Source: the human T2T-CHM13v2.0 reference genome, Homo sapiens. Taken from it: a DNA stretch of 64,000 nt. A model generated the notes under the pieces. The model was not told the origin of the DNA. It ran no database searches and was given only the letters and a program-made list of their open reading frames with translations. Within the stretch, counting starts at the first letter, position 1. Each line of letters opens with the position of its first letter. Below, piece by piece: positions 14,901 through 29,100 of this stretch. Made by a program: the position numbers and the translations under genes. Where the stretch lies: the NCBI RefSeq assembly GCF_009914755.1, contig NC_060933.1. The stretch is one strand, 5' to 3'.

Positions 14901-17900
14901 ATGGAAACTAATAGAATGGAATCAACCAGAGTGGAATGGAATGGAAAGGACTGGAATGGAATGGAATGGAATGGAATCAACTCGATTGTAATGGAATGGA
15001 ATGGAATGGAATGGAATGGAATGGAATTAACCCGAATACAATGGAATGGAATGGAATGGAACGGAATGGAGTGGAATGGAATGGAATCAACCAGAGTGCA
15101 GGGGAATGGAATGGAATGGAATTCCATGGAATGGAATCATCCGGAATGGAATGGAATGGAATGAAATGCAAAGCAATGGAATCAACTCGATTGCAATGGA
15201 ATGGAATGGAATGGAAAGGAATACATTGGAATCAACCCGAGTGGAATGAAATGGAAAGGACTGGAATGGAGTGGAATGGAATGGAATGGAATGGAATGGA
15301 AAGGAATGGAATGGAATGGAATCAACTCGATTGGAATGGAATGGAATGGAATGGAATGGAATGGAATGGAATGGAATGGAATTAACCCGAATAGAATGGA
15401 ATGGAATGGAATAGAACGGAACGGAACGGAATGGAATGGAATGGAATGGAATGGAATGGAATGGAATGGAATCAACCCGACTGCAGGGGAATGGAACGGA
15501 ATGGAATGCAATGGAATAGATTCAACTTGAATGGAATGGAAAGAATGGAATCAACACGAGTGGAATGGCATGGATTGGAATGGAATGGAAAGGAATGAAC
15601 CCGAGTACAGGGGAATGGAATGGAATGGAATGCAATGGAATGGAATCATCCGTAATGGAATGGAAAGGAATGGAATGGAATGGAATGGAATGGAATGGAA
15701 TCAACTCGATTGCAATCGAATGGATTGGAATGGAATTAACCCGAATAGAATGGAATGGAATGGAATGGAATGGAATGGAAAGGAATGGAATGGAATGGAA
15801 TGGAATGGAATGGAATGGAATGGAATGGAATGGAATCAACGCGAGTGCAGGGGAATGGAATGCAATGGAATGGAATCTTCGGGAATGCAATGGAATGGAA
15901 TGGAATGGAATGGAATGGAATGCAATGGATTCAACTCGATTGCAATGGAATGGAATAGAATGGAATGGAATGGAATGGAATGGAATGGAATTAAACCGAA
16001 TAGAATGGAATGGAATGGAATGGAACGGAACAGAACGGAACGGAACGGAACTGAGTGGAATGGAATGGAATGAAATTGTATGGAATGGAATGGAATGGTA
16101 CGGAATAGAATGGAATGGAAAGAATTGGAATGGAATGGAATCGAATGGAATGGAATGGAATGGAATGGAATCTACCCGAGTGCAGGGGAATGTAATGGAA
16201 CGGAATGCAATGGAATGGAATCATCCGAAATGGAATGGAATGGAATGGAATGGAATGGAATGGAATGGAATGGAATGGAATCAACCTGAGCGCAATGGAA
16301 TGGAGTGGAATGGAATGGAATGGAATGGAACAACCCGAATGGAATGGAATGTAATGGAGAGTAAGGGAGTTGAATAGAATCAATCCGAATGTAATGGAAT
16401 GGAACGGAATGGAATGGAGTGGAATGGAATGGAATGGAATGGAATGGAATGGAATGGAATGCAATGGAATGGAATCAACCCGAGTACAATGGAACGGAAT
16501 GGAATGGAATGGAATGGAATGGAATGGAATGGAATGGAATGGAATCAACCCGAGTGCAATGGAATGGAGAGGAATGGAATGGAATGGTAAGGAAACTACC
16601 CGAATGGAATGGAATGTAATGGAGTGTAAGGGAATTGAATAGAATCAATCCGAATGCAATGGAATGGAATGGAACGGAATGTAATGGAATGGAATGGAAT
16701 GGAATCAACCCGAGTGCAGGGGAATGGAATGGAATGGAATGCAATGGAATGGAATCATCCGGTATGGAATGGAATGGAATGCAATGGAATGGAATGGAAT
16801 CAACCCGAGTGCAATGGAATGGAGTGAAATGGAATGGAATGGAATGGAGACAACCAGAATGGATTGGAATATAATGGAGTGTAAGGGAATTGAATAGAAT
16901 CAATCTGAATGTTATGAAATGGAATGGAACGGAATGGAATGGAATGGAATGGAATGGAATGGAATGCAATTGAATGGAATCAACCCGAGTGCAATCGAAT
17001 GGAATCGAATGGAATGGAATGCAATGGAATGGATTCAACTTGAATGGAGTGGAAAGAATGGAATCAACACGAGTGGAATGGCATGGATTGGAATGGAATG
17101 GAATGGAATCAACCTGAGTATTGGGGAAAGGAATGGAATGGAATGCAATGGAATGGAATCATCCGTAATGGAATGGAAAGGAATGGAATGGAATGGAATG
17201 GAATGGAATGGAATGGAATGGAATGGAATCAACTCGATTGCAATCGAATGGAATGGAATGGAATTAACCCGAATAGAATGGAATGGAACGGAATGGAACG
17301 GAACGGAATGGAATGGAATGGAATGGAATGGAATGGAATGGAATGGAACGGAAAGGAAGGGAATGGAATGGAATAGAATGGAATGGAATGGAATCAACGC
17401 GAGTGCAGGGGAATGGAATGGAATGGAATGCAATGGAATGGAATCTTCCGGAATGGAATGGAATGGAATGGAATGGAATCAACCCGAGTGCAATGGAATG
17501 GAGTGGAATGGAATGGAATGGAATGGAACAACCCGAATGGAATGGAATGTAATGGAGAGTAAGGGAGTTGAATAGAATCAATCCGAATGTAATGGAATGG
17601 AATGGAACGGAATGGAATTGAATGGAATGGAATGGAATGCAATGGAATGGAATCAACCCGAGTGCAATGGAATGGAGAGGAATGGAATGGAATGGAATGG
17701 AAACTACCCGAATGGAATGGAATGTAATGGAGTGTAAGGGAATTGAATAGAATCAATCCGAATGTAATGGAATGGAATGGAACGGAATGGAATGGAATGG
17801 AATGGAATGGAATGGAATGGAATGGAATGCAATGGAATGGAATCAACCCGAGTGCAATCGAAAGGAATCGAATGGAATGGAATGCAATGGAATGGATTCA

Positions 17901-20135
17901 ACTTGAATGGAATGGAAAGAATGGAATCAACACGAGTGGAATGGCATGGCTTGGAATGGAATGGAATGGAATCAACCCGAGTACAGGGGAATGGAATGGA
18001 ATGGAATGCAATGGAATGGAATCATCCGTAATGGAATGGAAAGGAATGGAATGGAATGGAATGGAATGGAATGGAATGGAATGGAATGGAATCAACTCGA
18101 TTGCAATCGAATGGAATGGAATTGAATTAACCCGAATAGAATGGAATGGAATGGAATGGAACGGAACGGAATGGAATGGAATGGAATGGAATGGAACGGA
18201 ATGGAATGGAACGGAACGGAACGGAATGGAATGGAATGGAATGGAATGGAATGGAATCAACGCGAGTGCAGGGGAATGGAATGGAATGGAATGCAATGGA
18301 ATGGAATCTTCCGGAATGGAATGGAATGGAATGGAATGGAATGAAATGCAATGGATTCAACTCGATTGCAATGGAATGGAATAGAATGGAATGGAATGGA
18401 ATGGAATGGAATTAATTCGAATAGAATGGAATGGAATGGAATGGAACGGAATGGAACAGAATGGAATGGAATGGAATGGAATGGAATGGTATGGAATGGA
18501 ATGGAATGGTACGGAATAGAATGGAATGGAACGAATTGTAATGGAATGGAATTGAATGGAATGGAATGGATTCAACGCGAGTGCAGGGGAATGTAATGGA
18601 ACGGAATGCAATGGAATGGAATCATCCGGAATGGAATGGAATGGAATGGAATGGAATGGAATGGAATCAACCCGAGTGCAATGGAATGGAGTGGAATGGA
18701 ATGGAATGGAATGGAACAACCCGAATGGAATGGAATGTAATGGAGAGTAAGGGAGTTGAATAGAATCAATCCGAATGTAATGGAATGCAATGCAACGGAA
18801 TGGAATGGAATGGAATGGAATGGAATGCAATGGAATTGAATCAACCCGAGTACAATGGAATGGAATGGAATGGAATGGAATGGAATGGAATGGAATGGAA
18901 TGGAATGGAATGGAATGATACGGAATAGAATGGAATGGAACGAAATGGAATGGAATGGAATGGAATGGAATGGAATGGAATGGAATGGAATGGAATGGAA
19001 TGGAATCGTTCCGAGTGGAATAGGAGGGAATGTATTCGAGTGGAATGGAAAGGAATGGAATCAACCAGAGTGGAATGGAAGGGAATGGAATGGAATGGAA
19101 ACTAATAGAATGGAATCAACCTGAGAGGAATGGAATGGAAAGGACTGGAATGGATTGGAATCAACTCGATTTTAATGGAATGGAATGGAATGGAATGGAA
19201 TGGAATGGAATGGAATGGAATTAACCCGAATACAATGCAATGGAATGGAATGGAAAGGAATGGAGTGGAATGGAATGGAATGGAATGGAATGGAATCAAC
19301 TCGATTGCAATCGAATGGAATGGAATGGAATTAACCCGAATAGAATGGAATGGAATGGAATGGAACGGAACGGAACGGAACGGAATGGAATGGAATGGAA
19401 TGGAATGGAATGGAATGGAACGGAAAGGAATGGAATGGAATGGAATGGAATGGAATGGAATGGAATCAACGCGAGTGCAGGGGAATGGAATGGAATGGAA
19501 TGCAATGGAATGGAATCTTCCGGAATGGAATGGAATGGAATGGAATGGAATGGAATGGAATAAACCCGAGTGCAATGGAATGGAGTGGAATGAAATGGAA
19601 TGGAATGGAACAACCCGAATGGAATGGAATGTAATGGAGAGTAAGGGAGTTGAATAGAATGAATCCGAATGTAATGGAATGGAATGGAACGGAATGGAAT
19701 TGAATGGAATGGAATGGAATGGAATGGAATCAACACGATTGCAATCGAATGGAATGGAATGGAATTAACCCGAATAGAATGGAATGGAATGGAATGGAAC
19801 GGAATGGAATGGAATGGAATGGAATGGAATGGAATGGAATGGAATGGAATCAACCCGACTGCAGGGGAATGGAATGGAATGGAATGGAATGGAATGGAAT
19901 CATCCGTAACGGAATGGAATGGAATCAAATCGATTGCAATGGAATGGAATGGAATGGAATGGAATCGAATGGAATGGAATGGAATTAACCGGAATAGAAT
20001 GGAATGGAATAGAATGGAACGGAACGGAATGGAATGGAATGGAATGGATGGAATGGAGTGGAATGGAATGGAATGGAATCAACCCGAGTGCAGGGGAATG
20101 GAAAGGAATGGCATGCAATGGAATGGAATCATCCG
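8998..20135 (+). repeat. Tandem duplication of ~5.4 kb (copy 1 ~8998-14403; copy 2 ~14404-20135, carrying an extra 315 bp)
   Basis: Near-identical ORF pairs are offset by 5421 (10110/15531, 10949/16370, 11498/16919, 12322/17743) and then 5736 (13294/19030, 13394/19130). Shared rare variants include GGAACTGAGTGG, GGTAAGGAAACTACC, CCTGAGTATTGGGG, GGCATGGCTTGG and TCGATTTTAAT. Confidence 0.9.
11611..12473 (+). repeat. Representative ~0.85 kb intermediate repeat unit of the array
   Basis: Fixed module order: CAACTTGAAT, GGAAAGAAT, CAACACGAGT, CAACC[C/T]GAGTA (usually ...ACAGG), CATCCGTAAT, CAACTCGATTGCAATCGAAT, TAACCCGAATAGAAT, CAACGCGAGTGCAGG, CTTCCGGAAT, GGAACAACCCGAAT, GGAGAGTAAGGGAGTTGAATAGAAT, GGAAACTA[A/C]CCG, GGAGTGTAAGGGAATTGAATAGAAT, CGAGTGCAATCGAATGGAATCGAAT. 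Successive MEWKEWNQH ORF starts give periods of 863 (11623-12486), 863 (17044-17907), 833 (21362-22195), 843 (49106-49949), 868 (52659-53527) and 868 (59296-60164). Confidence 0.85.
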
Positions 20136-23100
20136 GAATGGAATGGAATGGAATGGAATGCAATCAACCTGATGCAATGGAATGGAGTGGAATGGAATGG
20201 AATAGAATGGAAACATCCCGAATGGAATGGAATGTAATGGAGTGTAAGGGAATTGAATAGAATCAATCCGAATGTAATGGAATGGAATGGAATGAAATGG
20301 AATGGAATGGAATGGAATGGAATCAACCCGAGTGCAATGGAATGGATTCGAATGGAATGGAATGGAATGGAATGGAATGGATTCAACAAGAATGGAATGG
20401 AAAGGAATGGAATCAACCCGAGTGTAATGGCATGGAATGGAACGGAATGGAATGGGATGGAATGGAATGGTACGGAATAGAATGGAATGGAATGAAATGG
20501 AATAGAATGGAATGGAATGGAATGGAATGGAATGGAATGGAATGAACCCATGTGCAATGGAATGGAATGGAATGGAATGGATTCAACTCGAATGGAATCC
20601 GCTCGATTGCATTGGAATGGAATGGAATTAAAAGGAATAGAATGGAATCAACCCGAGTGGAATGGAATGGAAAGGACTGGAATGGAGTGAAATGGAATGG
20701 AATGGAATTAACCCGAATAGAATGAAATGGAACGGAATGGAATGGAATGGAATGTAATGGAATGGAATGGAATCAACCCGAGTGCAGGGGAATGGAATGG
20801 AATGGAATGCAATGGAATGGAATCATCCGGAATGGAATGGAATGGAATGGAATGGAATGGAATGGAATGGAATGGAATCAACTCGATTTCAATGGAATGG
20901 AATGGAATAGAATTGAACGGAATTAACACGAATAGAATGGAATGGAATGGAATGGAATGGAACAGAAAGGAAAGGAATGGAATGGAATGGAATCAACCCA
21001 AGTGCAGGGGAATGGAATGGAATGGAATTCAATGGAATGGAATCATCCGGAATGGAATGGAATGGAATGGAATGGAATGGAATGGAATGGAATGGAATGG
21101 AATCAACCCGAGTGCAATGGACTGGAGAGGAATGGAATGGAATGGAATGGAAACTACACGAATGGAATGGAATGTAATGCAGTGTAAGGGAATTGAATAG
21201 AATGAATACGAATGGAATGGAATGGAATGGAATGGAAAGGAATGGAATGGAATGGAATGCAATGGAATGGAATGGAATGGAATGCAATGCCATGGAATCA
21301 ACCCGAGTGCAATCGAATGGAATCGAATGGAATGGAATGCAATGGAATGGATTCAACTTGAATGGAATGGAAAGAATGGAATCAACACGAGTGGAAGGGC
21401 ATGGATTGGAATGCAATGGAATGGAATCAACCCGAGTACAGGGGAATGGAATGGAATGGAATGAAATGGAATGTAATCATCCGTAATGTAATGGAAAGGA
21501 ATGGAATGGAATGGAATGGAATGGAATGGAATGGAATCAACACGATTGCAATCGAGTGGAATGGAATGGAATTAACCCGAATAGAATGGAATGGAATGGA
21601 ATGGAACGGAACGGAATGGAATGGAATGGAATGGAATGGAATGGAATGGAACGGAACGGAATGGAATGGAATGGAATGGAATGGAAAGGAATGGAATCAA
21701 CGCGAGTGCAGGGGAATGGAATGTAATGGAATGCAATGGAATGGAATCTCCCGGAATGGAATGGAATGTAATGGAATCAACCCGAGTGCAATGGAATGGA
21801 GTGGAATGGAATGGAATGGAATGGAACAACCCGAATGGAATGGAATGTAATGGAGAGTAAGGGAGTTGAATAGAATCAATCCGAATGTAATGGAATGGAA
21901 TGGAACGGAATAGAATTGAATGGAATGGAATGGAATGCAATGGAATGGAATCAACCCGAGTGCAATGGAATGGAGAGGAATGGAATGGAATGGAATGGAA
22001 ACTACCCGAATGGAATGGAATGTAATGGAGTGTAAGGGAATTGAATAGAATCAATCCGAATGTAATGGAATGGAATGGAACGGAATGGAATGGAATGGAA
22101 TGGAATGGAATGGAATGCAATGGAATGGAATCAACCCGAGTGCAATCGAATGGAATCGAATGGAATAGAATGCAATGGAATGGATTCAACTTGAATGGAA
22201 TGGAAAGAATGGAATCAACACGAGTGGAATAGCATGGATTGGAATGGAATGGAATGGAATCAACCCGAGTACAGGGGAATGGAATGGAATGGAATGCAAT
22301 GGAATGGAATCATCCGTAATGGAATGGAAAGGAATGGAATGGAATGGAATGGAATGGAATGGAATGGAATGGAATCGACTCGATTGCAATCAAATGGAAT
22401 GGAATGGAATTAACCCGAATAGAATGGAATAGAATGGAATGGAACGGAACGGAATGGAATGGAATGGAATGGAATGGAATGGAACGGAACGGAACGGAAT
22501 GGAATGGAATGCAATGGAATGGAATGGAATCAACGCGAGTGCAGGGGAATGGAATGGAATGGAATGCAATGGAATGGAATCTTCCGGAATGGAATGGAAT
22601 GGAATGGAATGGAATGGAATGAAATGCAATGGATTCAACTCGATTGCAATGGAATGGAATAGAATGGAATGGAATGGAATGGAATGGAATTAATCCGAAT
22701 AGAATGGAATGGAATGGAATGGAACGGAATGGAACGGAATGGAATGGAATTGAATGGAATGGAATGGTATGGAATGGAATGGAATGGTACGGAATAGAAT
22801 GGAATGGAACGAATTGTAATGGAATGGAATTGAATGGAATGGAATGGAATGGAATGGAATCAACGGGAGTGCAGGGGAATGTAATGGAACGGAATGCAAT
22901 GGAATGGAATCATCCAGAATGGAATGGAATGGAATGGAATGGAATGGAATGGAATGGAATGGAATCACCCCGACTGCAATGGAATGGAGTGGAATGGAAT
23001 GGATTGGAATGGAACAACCCGAATGGAGTGGAATGTAATGGAGAGTAAGGGAGTTGAATAGAATCAATCCTAATGTAATGGAATGGAATGCAACGGAATG

Positions 23101-26100
23101 GAATGGAATGGAATGGAATGGAATGGAATGGAATGCAATGGAATTGAATCAACCCGAGTACAATGGAATGGAATGGAATGGAATGGAATGGAATGGAATG
23201 ATACGGAATAGAATGGAATGGAACGAAATGGAATGGAATGGAATGGAATGGAATGGAATGGAATGGAATGGAATGGAATGGAATCGTTCCGAGTGGAATA
23301 GGAGGGAATGTATTCGAGTGGAATGGAAAGGAATGGTATCAACCAGAGTGGAATGGAAGGGAATGGAATGGAATGGAATCAACTCGATTGTAATGGAATG
23401 GAATGGAATGGAATGGAATGGAATGGAATGGAATGGAACGGAACGGAACGGAATGGAATGGAATGGAATGGAATGGAATCAACGCGAGTGCAGGGGAATG
23501 GAATGGAATGGAATGCAATGGAATGGAATGGAATGGGATCAACGCGAGTGCAGGGGAATGGAATGGAATGGAATGCAATGGAATGGAATCTTCCGGAATG
23601 GAATGGAATGGAATGGAATGGAATGAAATTCAATGGATTCAACTCGATTGCAATGAAATGGAATAGAATGGAATGGAATGGAATGGAATGGAATGAACCC
23701 GAATAGAATGGAATGGAATGCAATGGAACGGAATGGAACGGAATGGAATGGAATGGAATGGAATGGTATGGTATGGAATGGAATGGAATGGTACGGAATA
23801 GAATGGAATGTAACGAATTGTAATGGAATGGAATTGAATGGAATGGAATGGAATCAACGCGAGTGCAGGGGAATGGAATTGAATGGAATGGAATGGAATC
23901 AACGCGAGTGCAGGGGAATGTAATGGAACGGAATGCAATGGAATGGAATCATCCGGAATGGAATGGAATGGAATGGAATGGAATGGAATGGAATGGAATG
24001 GAATCAACCCGAGTGCAATGGAATGGAGTGGAATGGAATGGAATGGAATGGAACAACCCGAATGGAATGGAATGTAATGGAATGTAAGGGAGTTGAATAG
24101 AATCAATCCGAATGTAATGGAATGGAATGCAACGGAATGGAATGGAATGGAATGCAATGGAATGCAATCAACCCGAGTACAATGGAATGGAATGGAATCG
24201 AATGGAATGGAATGGAATGGAATGGAATGGAATGGAATGCCTTCAAACCGAATGGAATGGAAAGGAATGGAATCAACACGAGTGGAATGGAATGGAATGG
24301 AATGGAATGGAATGATACGGAATAGAATGGAATGGAACGAAATGGAATGGAATGGAATGGAATGGAATGGAAAGGAATGGAATGGAATGGAATCGTTCCG
24401 AGTGGAATAGGAGGGAATGTATTCGAGTGGAATGGAAAGGAATGGAATCAACCAGAGTGGAATGGAAGGGAATGGAATGGAATGGAAACTAATAGAATGG
24501 AATCAACCCGAGTGGAATGGAATGGAAAGGACAGGAATGGAATGGAATGGAATGGTATCAACTCGATTGTAATGGAATGGAATGGAATGGAACGGAATGT
24601 AATGGAATTAACCCCAATACAATGGAATGGAATGGAATGGAATGGAATGGAGTGGAATGGAATGGAATCAACCCGAGTGCAGGGGAATGGAATGGAATGG
24701 AATGCAATGGAATGGAATAATCCGGTATGGAATGGAATGGAATGCAATGCAAAGCAATGGAATCAACTCGATTGCAATGGAATGGAATGCAATGGAAAGG
24801 AATACATTGGAATCAACCCGAGTGGAATGGAATGGAAAAGACTGGAATGGAGTGGAATGGAATGGAATGGAATGGAATGGAATCAACTCGATTGGAATGG
24901 AATGGAATGGAATGGAATAGAATGGAATGGAATGGAATCAACCCGAGTGCAGGGGAATGGAATGGAATGGAATGCAATGGAATGGATGCAACTTGAATGG
25001 AATGGAAAGAATGGAATCAACACGAGTGGAATGGCATGGATTGGAATGGAATGGAATGGAATGAACCCGAGTACAGGGGAATGGAATGGAATGGAATGCA
25101 ATGGAATGGAATCATCCGTAATGGAATGGAAAGGAATGGAATGGAATGGAATGGAATGGAATGGAATGGAATGGAATGGAATCAACTCGATTGCAATCGA
25201 ATGGAATGGAATGGAATTAACCCGAATAGAATGGAATGGAATGGAATGGAACGGAACGGAACGGAATGGAATGGAATGGAATGGAATGGAATGGAATGGA
25301 ACGGAAAGGAATGGAATGGAATGGAATGGAATGGAATGGAATGGAATGGAATCAACGTGAGGGCAGGGGAATGGAATGGAATGGAATGCAATGGAATGGA
25401 ATCTTCCGGAATGGAATGGAATGCAATGGAATGGAATGGAATGGAATGGAATGGAATGGAATGGAATGGAATAAATCCGAGTGCAATGGAATGGAGTGGA
25501 ATGGAATGGAGTGGAATGGAATGGAATGGAATGGAACAGCCCGAATGGAATGGAATGGAATATAATGGAGAGTAAGGGAGTTGAATAGAATCAATCCGAA
25601 TGTAATGGAATGGAATGGAACGGAATGGAATTGAATGGAATGGAATGGAATGAAATGGAATGGAATCAACCCGAGTGCAATGGAATGGAGAGGAATGGAA
25701 TGGAATGGAATGGAATGGAATGGAAACTACCCGAATGGAATGGAATGCAATGGAGTGTAAGGGAATTGAATAGAATCAATCCGAATGTAATGCAATGGAA
25801 TCGAACGGAATGGAATGGAATGGAATGGAATGGAATGGAATGGAATGGAATGGAATGCAATGGAATGGAATCAACCCGAGTGCAATCGAATGGAATCGAA
25901 TGGAATGGAATGCAATGCAATGGATTCAACTTGAATGGAATGGAAAGAATGGAATCAACACGAGTACAGGGGAATGGAATGGAATGGAATGCAATGGAAT
26001 GGAATCATCCGTAATGGAATGGAAAGGAATGGAATGGAATGGAATGGAATGGAATGGAATGGAATGGAATCAACACGATTGCAATCGAATGGAATGGAAT

Positions 26101-29100
26101 GGAATTAAACCGAATAGAATGGAATGGAATGGAATGGAATGGAACGGAGTGGAATGGAATGGAATGGAATGGAACGGAGTGGAATGGAATGGAATCAACA
26201 CGAGTGCAGGGGAATGGAATGGAATGGAATGCAATGGAATGGAATCATCCGGAATTGAATGGAATGGAATGGAATGCAAAGAAATGGAATCAACTCGATT
26301 GAAATGGAATGGAATGGAATGGAAAGGAATACATTGGAATCAACCCGAGCGGAATGGAATGGAAATGACTGGAATGGAGTGGAATGGAATGGAATGGAAT
26401 GGAATGGAATCAACTCGATTGGAATGGAATGGAATGGAATGGAATGGAATGGAATGGAATGGAACGGAACGGAACGGAATGGAATGGAATGGAATGGAAT
26501 GGAATGGATTCAACCCGACTGCAGGGGAATGGAATGGAATGGAATGCAATGGAATGGATTCAACTTGAATGGAATGGAAAGAATGGAATAACACGAGTGG
26601 AATGGCATGGATTGGAATGGAATGGAATGGAATCAACCCGAGTACAGGGGAATGGAATGGAATGGAATGCAATGGAATGGAATCATCCGTAATGGAATGG
26701 AAAGGAATGGAATGGAATGGAATGGAATGGAATGGAATGGAATCAACTCGATTGCAATCGAATGGAATGGAATGGAATTAACCCGAATAGAATGGAATGG
26801 AATGGAATGGAACGGAACGGAACGGAACGGAACGGAATGGAATGGAATGGAATGGAACGGAACGGAAAGGAATGGAATGGAATGGAATGGAATGGAATGG
26901 AATGGAATCAACGCGAGTGCAGGGGAATGGAATGGAATGGAATGCAATGGAATGGAATCTTCCGGAATGGAATGGAATGGAATGGAATGGAATGGAATGG
27001 AATGGAATAAACCCGAGTGCAATGGAATGGAGTGGAATGGAATGGAATGGAATGGAACAACCCGAATGGAATGGAATGTAATGGAGAGTAAGGGAGTTGA
27101 ATAGAATCAATCCGAATGGAATGGAATGGAATGGAACGGAATGGAATTGAATGGAATGGAATGGAATGCAATGGAATGGAATCAACCCGAGTGCAATGGA
27201 ATGTAGAGGAATGGAATGGAATGGAATGGAAACTACCCGAATGGAATGGAATGTAATGGAGTGTAAGGGAATTGAATAGAATCAATCCGAATGTAATGGA
27301 ATAGAATGGAACGGAATGGAATGGAATGGAATGGAATTGAATGGAATGGAATGCAATGGAATGGAATCAACCCGAGTGCAATCGAATGGAATCGAATGGA
27401 ATGGAATGCAATGGAATGGATTCAACTTGAATGGAATGGAAAGAATGGAATAAACACGAGTGGAAGGGCATGGATTGGAATGCAATGGAATGGAATCAAA
27501 CCGAGTACAGGGGAATGGAATGGAATGGAATGCAATGGAATGGAATCATCCGTAATGGAATGGAAAGGAAAGGAATGGAATGGAATGGAATGGAATCAAC
27601 AAGATTGCAATAGAATGGAATGGAATGGAATTAACCCGAATAGAATGGAATGGAATGGACTGGAACGGAACGGAATGGAATGGAATGGAATGGAATGGAA
27701 TGGAACGGAACGGAACGGAATGGAATGGAATGGAATGGAATGGAATGGAATGGAATCAACGCCAGTACGGGGGAATGGAATGTAATGGAATGCAATGGAA
27801 TGGAATCTTCCGGAATGGAATGGAATGGAATGGAATGGAATGGAATCAATCCGAGTGCAATGGAATGGAGTGGAATGGAATGGAATGGAATGGAACAACC
27901 CGAATGGAATCGAATGTAATGGAGAGTAAGGGAGTTGAATAGAATCAATCCGAATGTAATGGAATGGAATGGAATGGAATGGAATTGAATGGAATGGAAT
28001 GGAATGCAATGGAATGGAATCAACCCGAGTGCAATGGAATGGAAAGAAATGGAATGGAATGGAGTGGAAACTAGCCGAATGGAATGGAATGCAATGGAAT
28101 GGAATCAAACCGAGTGCAATGGAATGGAGAGAAATGGAATGGAATGGAGTGGAAACTACGGGAATGAAATGGAATGTAATGGAGTGTAAGGGAATTGAAT
28201 AGAATCAATCCGAATGTAATGGAAAGGAATGGAACGGAATGGAATGGAATGGAATGGAATGGAATGGAATGGAATGGAATGCAATGGAATGGAATCAACC
28301 CGAGTGCAATCGAATGGAATCGAATGGAATGGAATGCAATGGAATTGAATCAACTCGATTGCAATCGAATGGAATGGAATGGAATTAACCCGAATAGAAT
28401 GGAATGGAATGGAATGGAAAGGAACGGAATGGAATGGAATGGAATGGAATGGAATTGAATGGAATGGAACGGAACGGAATGGAATGGAATGGAATGGAAT
28501 GGAATCAACGCGAGTGCAGGGGAATGGAATGGAATGGAATGCAATGGAATGGAATCTTCCGGAATGGAATGGAATGGAATGGAATGAAACGCAATGGATT
28601 CAACTCGATTGAAATGGAAGGGAATAGAATGGAATGGAATGGAATGGAATGGAATGAACACGAATAGAATGGAATGGAATGCAATGGAACGGAATGGAAC
28701 GGAATGGAATGGAATGGAATGGAATGGAATGGTATGGAATGGAATGGAATGGTACGGAATAGAATGGAATGTAACGAATTGTAATGGAATGGAATTGAAT
28801 GGAATGGAATGGAATCAACGCGAGTGCAGGGGAATGTAATGGAACGGAATTCAATGGAATGGAATCATCCGGAATGGAATGGAATGGATTGGAATGGAAC
28901 GGAATGAAATCAACCCGAGTGCAATGGAATCGAGTGGAATGGAATGGAATGGAATGGAACAACACGAATGGAATGGAATGTAATGGAATGTAAGGGAGTT
29001 GAATAGAATTAATCCGAATGTAATGGAATGGAATGCAACGGAATGGAATGGAATGGAATGCAGTGGAATGCAATCAACCAGAGTACAATGGAATGGAATG

